From contig NC_043000.1 of the NCBI RefSeq assembly GCF_006345805.1, positions 118,792,001-118,856,000 of the forward strand: a stretch of 64,000 bases of DNA. The letters run 5' to 3'. This DNA is from Octopus sinensis (Eukaryota). The notes under the pieces are model-generated. The model did no database searches. It had not been told where the DNA came from and saw nothing but the letters and a program-made list of their open reading frames with translations. Position numbers and translations under genes: made by a program. Below are positions 25,895 through 39,082 of this stretch, one piece after another. Each line of letters opens with the position of its first letter. Positions within the stretch are counted from its first letter, which is position 1.

Positions 25895-26525
25895 CATTAT
25901 TATTATTATTGAATGAGAGAGCAATGCATGCCATCAAAGTGACACTGTGTTAAAATATACGAAGCCCAGTATACCCATCGTGACTACCTATCTGATAAGG
26001 GCACATCAGGCACATGCATCACAACCACATGTGCGTGACATGGTGATCTCATATCAAGATTAACAGCGCGTGACCTTGCAGATGGGGCCCAATTAGAATT
26101 TTCTTCAGATTCGAGTAGCCCATCCCACTCGAAAAGGTCCCTGAATAAGGACTGTTTAAGGATGTTGAACGAAACACCCATATTTCCGCAGGTGAATTAT
26201 CCAAACCTCAAAGAATTCCACTCAACACATGGCTATGATGCTCCCCCACTACTTCTGCTCGTGATCAGAGATGCACATATCGTCAGCCACTAAGGGACAT
26301 GCTCAACTGGTTAAGGTCAAGCAACTGACAAGCAAATCTGTGGTATTGAGCAGAATATTTGCTGTAGCCCATCTTTTATACCAAGACAAAACAATGTACA
26401 TGATATTATTATTATTTTGACAAATGCATCCCAGTGATGCATTTGTCAAAACAATGTACTTGATATCATCATCATCATCATCATCATCATCACCATCATC
26501 ATTATTATCATTATTATTATTATTA

Positions 26526-26577
<52 letters not shown>

Positions 26578-27800
26578 GGCGGTGAGGTGGCAGAATCGTT
26601 AGCACGCCGGAAAAAATGTTTAGCGGCATTTTCTCTGTCATTACGTTCTGAGTTCAAATTCTGCCGAGGTCGACTTTCCCTTTCATCCTTTCGAGATCGA
26701 TAAAATAAATAGCTGTGGTACACAGGGGTCAATGTAATCGACTAACCGCCACCTGCAAAATTCAGGTCTTGTGCCTACAGTACGAAGGAGTATTGCTGTT
26801 GTTATTAAAACGGCGAGCAGACAAAATCGTTAGCGCGTCGGACAAAATGCTTAGTGATATTTCTTCCCGTTTTAAGTTCTGAGTTGAAATTCCGCCGAAT
26901 GTACTCTGACCCGGGGAGGTAGCAGCTATTCTGATCCGGTGAGGTCCCAACTATCGGTTAACTAGCATGTGTACCACCTGCTTTAAATCCAGGCTACGTC
27001 CGCTCCTGATAATCGATGGTGACTTGGTCAGCAAATCCTCTACGACGGCCGACAATCAACTTCAAGATGAGCTGCTACGGATCGCACTATCCCAAAGGGT
27101 GTATGCGTGTGACCGGGGACCACATATGAACTCACCACATGTGTATTCTCACTGAACATGAACTCCCGAACATGAAACCCCGAACATGAACTCTGCCCTT
27201 CAACAACGATATCCAATGTACCCCCTCTCCCAGTGATGCATTTGTCAATCGGATGCAGGCAGATACATTACTTCGCCTGCTGGAACGTTAGAGCCAGCCG
27301 TCGAATGTGGGCAGCATTCCTGGTGGAGGCGCAATGGCCCAGTGGTTAGGGCAGCGGACTAGCGGTCGGAGGATCGCGGTTTCGATTCCCAGTCCGGGCG
27401 TTGCGTGTGTTTATTGAGCGAAAACACCTAAAGCTCCACGAGACTCCGGCAGGGGGTGGTGGTGACCCCTGTTGTACTCTTTCGCCCCAACTTTCTCCCA
27501 CTCTTTCTTCCTCTTTCTTGTCCCCGACTTCCTACGCAACCGCCGAGCCTGGATGCGCATTCATCCATCCGTCGATGCTCTCGGTGTCGGGGGTTGACCT
27601 GCTTTCTCTTCTGCGGGTCTTACGAATAGCAAAGGACCACGTTTCGGACTTCTCCCATCTTGCGAGCTCTGGGACAAAGACCGTTCGCTCAACAGCAACA
27701 GCAGCAGCATTTATGAGGGACATGTTGAACTCATTGGTCGGAGCCGGCTGAACCCATTCCTGATGAATGCTGCCACAAGTTCAATTAATGATACATGAGG

Positions 27801-27832
<32 letters not shown>

Positions 27833-28256
27833 ATGGGTGGGGGGGGGAGTCCAAACGTAAAGCAAACAAGGAACAAAGAAGGAACAATGTGTTCCGTACG
27901 AGGTTTTGGAATTTATTTAAACAGTGGGGCGTTCAGATTAAGATATCCAGGTGCATTGAGTGTACTAAGGTGGGGGCGGTATTATAGTAGCAACAAAAAT
28001 CGCCAATAAAACAAGTAATAAACATTTGGAAGCGACATTTTCTAAAAGCGAGAGCGAATTACTAGCTAAGAGGATGTTCTGACATTTCCGCCAAAAATTC
28101 GTGGTTTGCATTACATTCAAATTATTTGTTTTTGACCTCGTGTCATTTAAAAACCATGTCTGGCAGCTGATTGTACCATTACTAAGGCAGCTATTTCGAC
28201 TACCCTTTCTTTTTTTGTTCTCTCTTTCTCTCTCTCTCTCTCTCTCAATCTCTCTC

Positions 28257-28332
<76 letters not shown>

Positions 28333-28601
28333 ATTTTATTAACGTGCAAACCACTCTCTTAAATTTTATCTTTTATTCATTTACTCTTTTACTCTCTTTC
28401 ACTTGTTTCAGTCATTTGACTGCGGCCATGCTGGAGCACCGCCTTTTAGTCGAGCAAATAGACCCCGGGACTTATTCTTTGTAAGCCCAGTACTTATTCT
28501 ATCGGTCTCTTTTGTCGAACTGCTAAGTGACGGGGACGTAAACACACCAGCATCGGTTGCCAAGCAATGCTAGGGAGACAAACACAGACACACAAACACA
28601 T

Positions 28602-28632
<31 letters not shown>

Positions 28633-29015
28633 CATATATATACGACAGGCTTCTTTCAGTTTCCGTCTACCAAATCCACTCACAAGGCATTGGTCGGCCC
28701 GGGGCTATAGCAGAAGACACTTGCCCAAGATGCCATGTGGTTGGAAAGGAAGCTACTTACCACACAGCCACTCCAGCGCCTATTTACTTATTTGTTTCAG
28801 TTATTGTACTGCGGCCATGCTGTGACACTGCCTTGAAGAGCTTTATTCGAACAAATCGACCCTTGTACATATGTTTTGGATTTTTTGGGGTTTTTTTTTA
28901 TTAATGTTTGCTACTCATCCTATCGGTCTCGTTTGCTGAATCGCTAAGCTTTATTGACGTAAACAAACCAATACCCATTGACAAACGGTGGGGGTGACAA
29001 ACGCAAAATACACTG

Positions 29016-29049
<34 letters not shown>

Positions 29050-30179
29050 GCTATATATATACGTACATACATATATACATCATAGACCCCTTCGGCCATA
29101 AATGACCATGGGATTGCACTACAAAGTTACCCACCGAGGCACAAGTCTGGGCAAGGTTGTTTATGAAAGACCAGCAGTCGCTCATGCATACCGGCCTCCC
29201 CTCCCCACGCCACCAGTGTTAATCAAGGGAAAAGCAACAGTAGATACAGCTTGGCACCTGTGACGTCGCAACTCATTTCTACAGCTAGGTGAACTGGAGC
29301 AACGTGAAATAAAATGTCTTGCTCAAGAACACAACACGCAGCCCGGTCCGGGATTCGAACTCACAACCTCACGATTGTAAGCTCGACGCTCTAACCACTG
29401 AGCCAGGCACCTTCACACACACACACACACACACATACATTCATTCATACATATATCACGGATTTTCACACAGATTTCTGCCTACCAAATTTACTCACAA
29501 TGCGTAGGTCAGCCCGGGGTTTGTGCTGAAGACACTTGCCCCAGGCATCACGGAGTGGGCTGAAACCGAAACCACGTGGGTACAAAGTGATCTTAACCAC
29601 ACAGCCATGCCGTCGTCTGTTTTAACTCTAAATTGTTTTGAATCAATTCCTGAAATGCAAGCATTTAATATGTATTATTTTATTTTATTTTATTTTATTT
29701 TATTTAGAAAACCTACATTTTAAACATTTTTGTCCTCATCTTTGTCATTTGTCTTTATTTTTTTATTTTTGTTATTGTTTTTGTTCGTTTTAATTCGAGT
29801 GTTGTACCCATATTTTGACATTTTCCACTTAACCATGTTCCAGTTTAAAATGACCTTTTTTTTTTATCATTTTTTTAATCTTACGAAAAGCTAAAATCTA
29901 AAGATTGATCAAACAATAGCAAAAACAAGTTTATTTTTAAACAACTTACACACACAAACACATACATATACATACATATACACACATATCCACATACACA
30001 CATACATATACGTATGTAAATGTATAGGTTGATTAAATGACATGCTTAGTGGGTCAAATATATAAATGTTTGTCGATCTATTTGCATCTGATCTTTATCT
30101 TCCCTTTTTATCTATGTAATAAACATTAAGAGGAGAAAACTAAAGCACTTTACAAATATTCTAACAACCCATATATTCA

Positions 30180-30580
30180 CGCCATATATTGATTATACGC
30201 AAGTGATACGTAGACAAGTTCAACGAGGGAAGAACATTGATTGGCTACGATGCAAAGGGTTATGGGAAGATCCATGCTAGGATTATCATTGCGGGAGTAT
30301 ATCCGAAATGAGGTCCTTTGGGAAATGAGCGGAATGAACGGTGAGATCGCAGAATACCGAAAGCACAAGATCCGATGGGCCGGATACGTTGCAAGATTCA
30401 CAGACAACACTTGGATCCATGCAGTTTCCGAATGTTATCCAGATCAGAAAGGGCCGCTCTAAAGGTTTCTATAACGATGAGAAGACGATTTAGTTAAACG
30501 ATTTGAGCCAAGACGGAAAAAGATAGGCGCGATCAAGAAAGAACTGGAAGTGCATTGTGACTAGCGCTTTATAATATTCT
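30180..30580 (+). pseudogene. RTE-type LINE 3' fragment
   Basis: QRVMGRSMLGLSLREYIRNE..KIRWAGYVAR resembles the RTE ORF2 C-terminus. Confidence 0.65.
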
Positions 30581-30715
30581 ATAGTCTGTTCGATACTGGC
30601 GATACAGACATATTGATAATGCACTGAAACTTTGATTTGTTTATGGAAGAATTTAAATCAGTTGCGATTAACACAATACCGTTTCTGCTTGTTTTGCGTT
30701 TACCGATGGTAACTA

Positions 30716-31278
30716 TTGGGTTGTCCGGAAAGTTCGTGCCGATTTTTAAAGGAAAGAAAAAGGTCAAATATTTGCCATTACATTTTTAATCAACCAAATA
30801 TGAACCGTTTTGTTGCACAATGCGTCTCCATCTTTCCCTTAGCTTGAAAATACCCTCTTCCCAGAATTGAGGTGGTTTCATGGCAAAGAATTCATCAAGG
30901 TATCTTTTTACGTCATCCAAGGAATTGAAATTTTTACCATTAACACCATTCTGCAGAGACCTGAATAAGGGGAAATCCGAAGGAGTAATATCTGGTGAAT
31001 ATGGAGGGTGGGATAACACATCCCAGCCGAGCCGCAGCAATTTTTGTCTGGTTCCCAAAGCATCAAGTGCCGAAAATGAACTTTCTTATCTTCCATTTTA
31101 AAGGGTTACAGAATTAACACAGGTTATAGGAACATAAGCCTTCTTCCACGAAAAGACAGCTTAAACTGTATTCTAAATGGAAGTGTAGTCAAATCCTATT
31201 TTATGGACTCAAACATGTTCTAAAATAAGTCGAAAGCTAATCTACTATAAATCGGCACGAACTTTCCGGACAACCCAA
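30716..31278 (-). mobile_element. Internally deleted mariner (MITE-like) with TIRs and TA TSD
   Basis: TIR TTGGGTTGTCCGGAAAGTTCGTGCCGATTT at both ends, TA flanks, HPPYSPD C-terminus and MEDKKVHFRH N-terminus. Confidence 0.92.
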
Positions 31279-31655
31279 TATTTACAGTGATTTAGAGTGT
31301 AGTTTCGTAAGTTTGTATTGATAAAACCCTGACAGGCTGACATCTGGTTAACTCAAACCACTACCATCTCTTCGCGAGTCAGTCAACTTCAACGTTTGCT
31401 CCTATTAAAATCTTTACAAGCTTCACGTCTCGTTCCATATAATTCACTCTTTTAGCTTTTATTTGCTTCAATCATGCCTAACGAAAATATTTTAACATAA
31501 TTGATGAAATTTGTGGTTCAATTCAAATTGAATCGCTAAAAGGTAGATTTAAGTATATATAAGTTTTCAGAGTGGAAAGAGCTAGCAGTGTATATCTTCT
31601 CAGGAGAACGTCTTCAGTCAGATATAAAATAGTACGTACATACATTTACACACAC

Positions 31656-31711
<56 letters not shown>

Positions 31712-31729
31712 TTGCACACACATATATAT

Positions 31730-31895
31730 ATTATTGTAAAAGCCAAAAAGTACAGAGGACGAGATATCAAGTGTGAACTCTGTATTACTGAAAAATTAAA
31801 CATTATACAATCAGCAGATAACATCCTACACATTGAGTATGAAACCTTATCTCCCTGCATACGCAAACAATACTTTATACTCAAATACTGTAAGG
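31730..31895 (+). pseudogene. Penelope-like endonuclease C-terminal fragment
   Basis: IIVKAKKY...KCELCITEKLNII...ETLSPCIRK matches the PLE endonuclease end (C.LC..EK). Confidence 0.6.
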
Positions 31896-32339
31896 AAGAA
31901 CACACACAAACGCAAACACACGCACACACACGGGCGCGCGTGCAGGCACACGCCTACATATACATGTGCGACACGCACACATACATGCACATACGCAGAC
32001 ACGCATACATACGCCCACACACATGCACCTTCATATATACATATACCTGTACACACACACACCCACACGTATATACTTACACACACACATACACATATAC
32101 ATATGCCTACGTTCACGTTTAGATTTATGCATCTCCACTTCCACGCCCATCCCTCATGCCTCTAGTATCTGTTGGTATATTTTACTTATACGCAGCTGCA
32201 TTGTCTAACTACCTGTAGCGTTTGCATGCGGTCCTTCCTTGGTATAGTTTCCGTGGTTGCAGTTCATGAGGTCTTAACTCGGGGTAGGGGATTAATCCGA
32301 GTTGTCGGTGTTATGGTTTGTATCGATTAGGTGTGGTTT

Positions 32340-33490
32340 ACGTTGTAATAAACGTGCGTTTAGCTGTATGTATGTATCTGGGGAGTCGTTCTATAAATAT
32401 GTTTATAATCAGCTTCTTTGTTAATAATATTGACAGTAACTCCTTGGCATTTCCGAAATAGGGTGTTATAGGGAATCGTGTGTCTAATTATTAACCAGGT
32501 CAGGTCGTATTTTACCTTCTCTTCTTTGAGTCGCCAGATGAAACCGGTAGTGATGTTGCATGCCATTTAATGATTTTTCGAAAGCTGGCGATGTGGTTGT
32601 CTCCTCTACGTAGGGGCCTCCTCTAATATTTATAGTACACTTGTACACCACATTTCGGGTCTTGCATTGGTTTTCCAGGGGACATTTTGATCGGTTCCTG
32701 CTTGAGCATAGTTAGTCTGTTTTTTTTTTGTTTGCGTGTGTGCAGCTAGTACCACTCTCATCAATTCTATTTGCACTCGTTCCTATTAACACTTTTATTA
32801 TTTCTGGGTGTGTTTGTGTTATAATTTGAGTTGTTGCAGCCGTCATGTGTTGGTTGATTAATGTATTTATTGCAGTTGCTTTTTTCTCGGTTGGTTGGTT
32901 GGTTGGTATTATTGTCCAAATCATTGTTGTTGTGATATGTTATGTAATTATTTGCACTGTCACTAGGTTATTATATGAGTCAAGTCAATTTTTGAGGGAC
33001 TATTTTCAATGTAGTCTGCGTGCTGTCTTAGTTTTCTATTATTAATCCTATGAATGTGATGCTCCATATTTGATGAATTTGCATATGACAGTTTTACCGT
33101 GTGCCGATTGAATAGTTTACTGAACGTGCCGTTTTTAGGAAAGCAACGATTGAGTGCTGCGAAAAACTGTTTCGAGATCCTGGATAAGCTGTTCGAGCTC
33201 CAGATCGGGTTGTACCATAGGACATCATGCTTTTTGTATTCCCTATAAGGTTTGTTTGGGTGTTTGGAGTGGCGTTGGAATTTTGTGGTGCCATGTGTTT
33301 AATGATGCTGTGTTTTCCATTACTGTTTTTTCTCTATCCTATTGTTGGTTCTTCTGTAACTTCGTCTGGTTACTCTGGTTACTGCGGAATTCGAGGATTC
33401 CATAGCTATATCAAACGCGTTTTCTGTATCAGACCGGTTCCACAGTTTACCATTAAAATCTACCAAGGTTCCACGCGCTGCTAGTATTAC
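32340..33490 (-). pseudogene. Internally deleted, degenerate Penelope-like element
   Basis: Minus strand reads FNGKLW..AFDIAM (RT), LWYNPIWS..CFPKNGTFSKLFNRHTVKLSY (thumb), KCPLENQCKTRNVVYKC and FIWRLKE..TW.I..PY (GIY-YIG). Confidence 0.75.
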
Positions 33491-34008
33491 GTTGATTTCG
33501 TATCTAGAAAGATCTGAATTATTCTTAGCATAGATTAATGCATTATTTAAGAGAATAGGTTTAATGTTGGTGTAATATCCCTCGACAATTAGTCACATGG
33601 TCATAGTACCGGAGCTGTGACCTCTCATTGCAGAGAAGTAGCGGCTCAACATAGGGAAAACCCTGATCTCCGAGCTACATACCCTGTAGAGTAACGTTAC
33701 TCCAAGAATCCTTCGGAAGAATCCTATTTCGGCTGCTTGTATTGACGATCGTATTCTTATTTCTTTATTACACACAAGGGGCTAAACATAGAGGGGACAA
33801 ACAACGGATTTACCATGTTTATTTATTTTTAGTTGGTAAAATCACCCGATTACATGCTATGTGTCTGACCACAGCGCTAAAGTGCTTTTATATCTTAATT
33901 TTGGCATTACCCTATTTATTATTCTCTTACTTATCCTCCCAATGTCCGATTTCGAGGGGCAGATTAGTGTGGGGCAATCCGAAAATTCAGTTTATGATCT
34001 TTCAGTGT

Positions 34009-34045
<37 letters not shown>

Positions 34046-34235
34046 TTGTTTCAGTCATTTGACTGCGGCCATGCTGGAGCACCGCCTTTAGTCGAGCAAA
34101 TCGACCTCAGGAGTTATTCTTTCTAAACCTAGTACTTATTCTATCGGTCTCTTTTGCCGAACCGCTAAGTTAGGGGGACGTAAACACACCAGCATCGGTT
34201 GTCAAGTGATGTTGAGGGGACAAACACAGACACAT

Positions 34236-34316
<81 letters not shown>

Positions 34317-35089
34317 CATACATACATATATACGACAGGCTTCTTTCCGTTTCCGTCTACCAAATCCACTCACAAGGCTTTGGTCTGCCCGAGGCTATAT
34401 TAGAAGGCACATGCCCAAGGTGCCACGCAGTGGGACTGAACCCGGAACTATGTGGTTGGTAAGCAAGCTACTTACCACACAGCCAGTCCTGCGCCTATCC
34501 GAGGTTTTCTTGATGCATAAGGTTCAGTTCTATTGTGTGTCTAAGTGGTTCACTATTTCTAATCCCCACCTATTGATACTATTTAGACGGCCATATAACA
34601 ACATGGCAGTCGGTACGCAAGATCTTTAGTGAGACACAACTTTATCTATGGGTGTACCTGATGAGCCTCAGACTGCAAAATGGAAGCAACACAACAGAGC
34701 TATATCTTCAAGCTATCTGGTGGGACTGAAAATAGAAAATTTAAACCCTGCTAAATAATATTACTACAAATAAAATAAGGCGGTGAGGTGGCAAGAATGT
34801 CGGAACGCCAGGCAAAATGCTTAGCGGCATTACGTTCTGAGTTCAGATTCCGTCGAAGCCAACATTGCCTTTCATCCTTTCGGGTCGATAAATTAATTAC
34901 CTGTTGCGTACTGGGGTCGATTTAATCGACTTCCCCCACTCCTCCGCCAAAATTTCGGGTATTGTGCCTATAGTAGAAAAAACATAATATGCAAATAACA
35001 TCAGAAAACATCTAAATTGAATTTTTTTTTTCACCTATTCTCATAGCTGAAATAATGTCATATCGCCATTTTCAGAACAGTTTTAAAGG

Positions 35090-35282
35090 TTGCGCAGGAG
35101 TGGCTGTGTGGTAAGTAGCTTGCTTACTAGCCACATGGTTCCGGGTTCAGTCCCACTGCGTGGCACCTTGGCCAAGTATCTTCTACTGTAGCCTCGGGCC
35201 GACCAAAGCCTTGTGAGCGGATTTGATAGACAGAAACTGAAAGAAGCTTGTCGTATATATGTATATATATATATAATATATA

Positions 35283-35360
<78 letters not shown>

Positions 35361-35570
35361 TGTATATGTCTGTGTTTGTCCCCCAATATCGCTTGACAAC
35401 CGATGGTGGTGTCTTTACGTCGCTGTAACGTAGCGGTTCGGCATAAGAGACCGATAGAATAAGTACTAGGCTTACAAAGAATAAGTCCTAGGGTCGATTT
35501 GCTCGACTAAAGGCAGCGCTCCAGCATGGCCGCAGTCAAATGACTGAAACAAGTAAAAGCGTAAAAGAGA
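35090..35570 (+). mobile_element. SINE family A with internal (TA)n/(TG)n tract (representative copy; about 20 full or partial copies in the window)
   Basis: Head GGAGTGGCTGTGTGGTAAG..GGGTTCAGTCCCAC, microsatellite, 3' module ending CAAATGACTGAAACAAGTAAAAG. Other copies include 665-1260, 4755-5170, 28380-28790, 34040-34500, 37845-38250, 38835-39220, 54720-55175 and 62815-63180. Confidence 0.75.
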
Positions 35571-35639
35571 CTTATTAGTGTCCCTTGTCCTGTTTTTTTC
35601 TGCCCACTATTCCTAGAGGTTCATGGGTTACAGTCCTCA

Positions 35640-35975
35640 GGTACTTCCTCCATACGATTCAGCAGCAACCGTCATTAGATTTTCCGGCTGGATTTCCAAC
35701 TGAGACTATGGACATCATCCAGTCATCTCATTCTTGGTCTACTCACTAGGTTTCCTGCTGGCTGATTCGGCATGAAGAATTTGTCTCGAGATTCTTTCCT
35801 GTGACAATTAATCACATGGCCGTAGTACCGGAGCTGTGACCTCTCATTGCAGAGAAGTAGCGGCTCAACATATAGAAAACCCCTGATCTCCGAGTTACAT
35901 ACCCTGTAGAGTAACGTTACTCCAAGAAACATTCGGAAGAATCCTATTTCGGCTGCTTATATTGACGATTGTATT
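35640..35975 (-). pseudogene. RTE-like LINE 3' fragment (partly duplicated at 33584-33760)
   Basis: IQAAEIG..LGVTLLYRV..EIR..VEPLLL..RSQLRYYGHV..RPRMRW. Confidence 0.55.
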
Positions 35976-36644
35976 CTTATTTCTTTATTGCCCACAAGGG
36001 GCTAAACATAGAGGGGACAAACAAGGACAGACAAACGGATTAATTCGAATACATCGACCCCAGTGCGTAACTGGTACTTATTTAATCGACCCCGAAAGAA
36101 TGAAAGGTAAAGTCGATCTCGGCGGAATTTGAACTCAGAACGTAGCGGCAGACGAAATACGGCTACGCATTTCGCCTGGCATGCTAACCCAACATTCGTG
36201 ACTGCAGATGAAGATAGGCACAAAAAACGAATTGATTTATTACCAACAAAAGGAAAAATGTAACCCTGTAAAAATAAACGGGAACATTTCGAAACTGAGA
36301 TCATAAGTTAATTTCACTGTCGATAAACGTAGAATAACTGCTTATATACTGTAATTTATATATTTCTTTATTGCCCACAAGGGGCTAAACATAGAGGGGA
36401 CAAACAAAGACAGACAAACAGATTAAGTCGATTATATCGACCCCAGTGCGTAACTGGTACTTTATTTATTGACCCCGAGAGGATGAAAGGCAAAGTCGAC
36501 CTCGGCGGAATTTGAATTCAGAAACGTAACGGCAGACAAAATATCACTAAGCATTTCGCCCGGCGCGCTAACGTTTCTGCCAGCTCGCCGCCTTATATAC
36601 TGTAATTTATAATCACGATAGCAATAATAACCGTAGCTCTATCT

Positions 36645-36861
36645 TTAACTCTTCAGTGGTTAAACCAGCGATATCTGGCTCAAATATTCCAGCTATTTTA
36701 TGTGAAAACTAACAAGATTCAGCCACTTACAATGTCATTATAAAAATAAACAATAACATTACTGAGATCTTGAAGCCACAAAATAATGCATGATTAATTC
36801 AAAACAATGTGAATAAAGAAGCATTACATTTGACAGAGTAATCTGAATGCTAAACGGTTAA
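36645..36861. mobile_element. Possible TTAA-bounded MITE (piggyBac-like ends, degenerate)
   Basis: TTAACTCTT..AG at the left and CTAAACGGTTAA at the right. Confidence 0.35.
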
Positions 36862-37149
36862 ACATCAAAAACAATATTTCTCACTTTTAACTAAACTTAT
36901 GAGAAAGAACTAAAACGGAATATCTCGGAGGCAAAAATTAAAGGTTATCTGGAAAGTTAAAGGTTTTAGAATTGCTACAGGCATGGTTGTGCTGTTTCGG
37001 GTTCAGTCCCATCCCGTGGCACCCTATGTACATCTCGTTATAATTGCACAGGACCGACAAAAGCTTTGTCAATTGTCAATGCATTTAGTAGCTGATTGTT
37101 TGTATGTGTGTAGGCATGTATGAATGTAGGTATGTCTGAGTATATATAT

Positions 37150-37350
37150 ATATACACATACATACAGATCTGTAGCCACTACACGCATTTTTTCTCTCCT
37201 TGTTTCTCTCTTTGTGTTTTTCTGTGTATCTTTCTGTAGAAGAGCGTAGGCTCGAAACGTAAAAGACTTTTTCAATTTCCCGAGCGTTATACTAATACAT
37301 TTGTTTGTTTTATACACCACCTGTCTTCGTCTTTTGTTTTTTCGTGAACC
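37150..37350 (+). repeat. Non-autonomous pLTR-like repeat with a hammerhead-like core
   Basis: CTGTAGA-AGAGC-GTAG-GCTC-GAAACGTA at 37234-37261. A second copy is inverted at ~55875-56100. Confidence 0.55.
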
Positions 37351-37748
37351 CTCCCCCACTATATATATATATATATATATATTGTCGTGACACTCCGTCG
37401 GTTGCGACGACGAGGGTTCCAGTTGATCCCATCAACTGAAAAGCCTGCTCGGGAAATTAAATTGCTAGTGACTGAGCACTCCACAGACATGTGTACCCTT
37501 ATCGTAGTTCTTGGGGATATTCAGAGTGTGACAAGGCTGGCCCTTTTAAATACAGGTACAACAGAAACAGAAGGAGTGAGAGAAAGCTGTGGGGAAAAAA
37601 TACAGCAGGTTTCACCACCACCCCTTGCCGGGGCCTCGTGGAGCTTTAGGTGTTTTCGCTCAATAAACACTCACAACACCCGGTCTGGAGGTCGAAACCG
37701 CGATCCTACGACCACGCTACCCTAACAATTGGGCCATTGAGCCTCCAC

Positions 37749-37799
<51 letters not shown>

Positions 37800-38247
37800 T
37801 TATTTATTATTTATTTATTTATTTGTTTTTTATATATACTCTTACTCTTTACTCTTTTACTTGTTTCAGTCATTTGACTGCGGCCATGCTGGAGCACCGC
37901 CTTTAGTCGAGCAAATCGACCCCGGGACTTATTCTTTTGTAAGCCCAGTACTTATTCTATCGGTCTCTTTTGCCGAACTGCTAAGTAACGGGGACATAAA
38001 CACACCAGCATCGGTTGTCAAGCAATGCTAGAGGGACAAACACACACAAACACACACACACACACACCACACTTAATATATATATACATACATATATACG
38101 ACAGGCTTCTTTCAGTTTCCGTCTACCAAATCCACTCACAAGGCTTTGGTCGGCCCGAGGCTATAGTAGAAGACACCTGCCCAAGGTGCCACGCAGTGGG
38201 ACTGAACCCGGAACCAAGCTACTTACCACACAGCCACTCCTGCGTCT

Positions 38248-38278
38248 ATATATATATATATATATATTTATTTATATA

Positions 38279-38341
<63 letters not shown>

Positions 38342-38364
38342 TTATTTATATATATATATATTTA

Positions 38365-38410
<46 letters not shown>

Positions 38411-38424
38411 TTATTTATATATAT

Positions 38425-38480
<56 letters not shown>

Positions 38481-38513
38481 ATATATTTATTTATATATAT
38501 ATATATATTTATT

Positions 38514-38547
<34 letters not shown>

Positions 38548-38617
38548 TATTTATATATATATATATTTATTTATATATATATATATATTTATTTATTTAT
38601 TTATATATATATATATA
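38248..38617. repeat. Long (TA)n tract punctuated by TTTA
   Basis: Direct inspection. Confidence 0.9.
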
Positions 38618-39044
38618 TGGTAAAATATTTTCAAAAAATTTCAATATATAAATATTGAGAGAGAGAGAGAGAGTGAGAATGAGGGATCAACATAGCATTT
38701 GCTGGATAAATACATTTTTGTGGATTAACAACGCTACCAATGGTTTCGTATGGAAAGAATTTTCACAAACTTCAAGAGACCCACTTAAAAATATTGACAA
38801 TTACTCCCATTTTAGATGAATGAACATATATATCTTTTATTCTTTACTTGTTTCAGTCTTTTGACTGCGGCCATGCTGGAGCACCGCCTTTAGTCGAGCA
38901 AGTCGACCCCAGGATTTATTCTTTCTAAGCCTATTATTTATTCTATCAGTCTCTTTTGCCGAACCGCTAAGTTACAGGGACGTAAACATACTAGCATCGG
39001 TTGTCAAGCGATGTTGAGGAGACGTACACAGACACACAAACACT

Positions 39045-39082
<38 letters not shown>

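Noticed and set aside
27500-27790. GC-rich segment following a SINE-C, with a short minus-strand ORF
   Set aside because: May be a retroelement 3' fragment, but no diagnostic motif could be identified.
32190-32290. Possible hammerhead downstream of the Penelope remnant (CTCATGA-ACTGC..TGCAG on minus)
   Set aside because: The core is mutated and GAAA is absent; too degenerate to call.
34657-34735. CTGATGAG hammerhead-like start
   Set aside because: No matching stem II partner with GAAA and cleavage site downstream.
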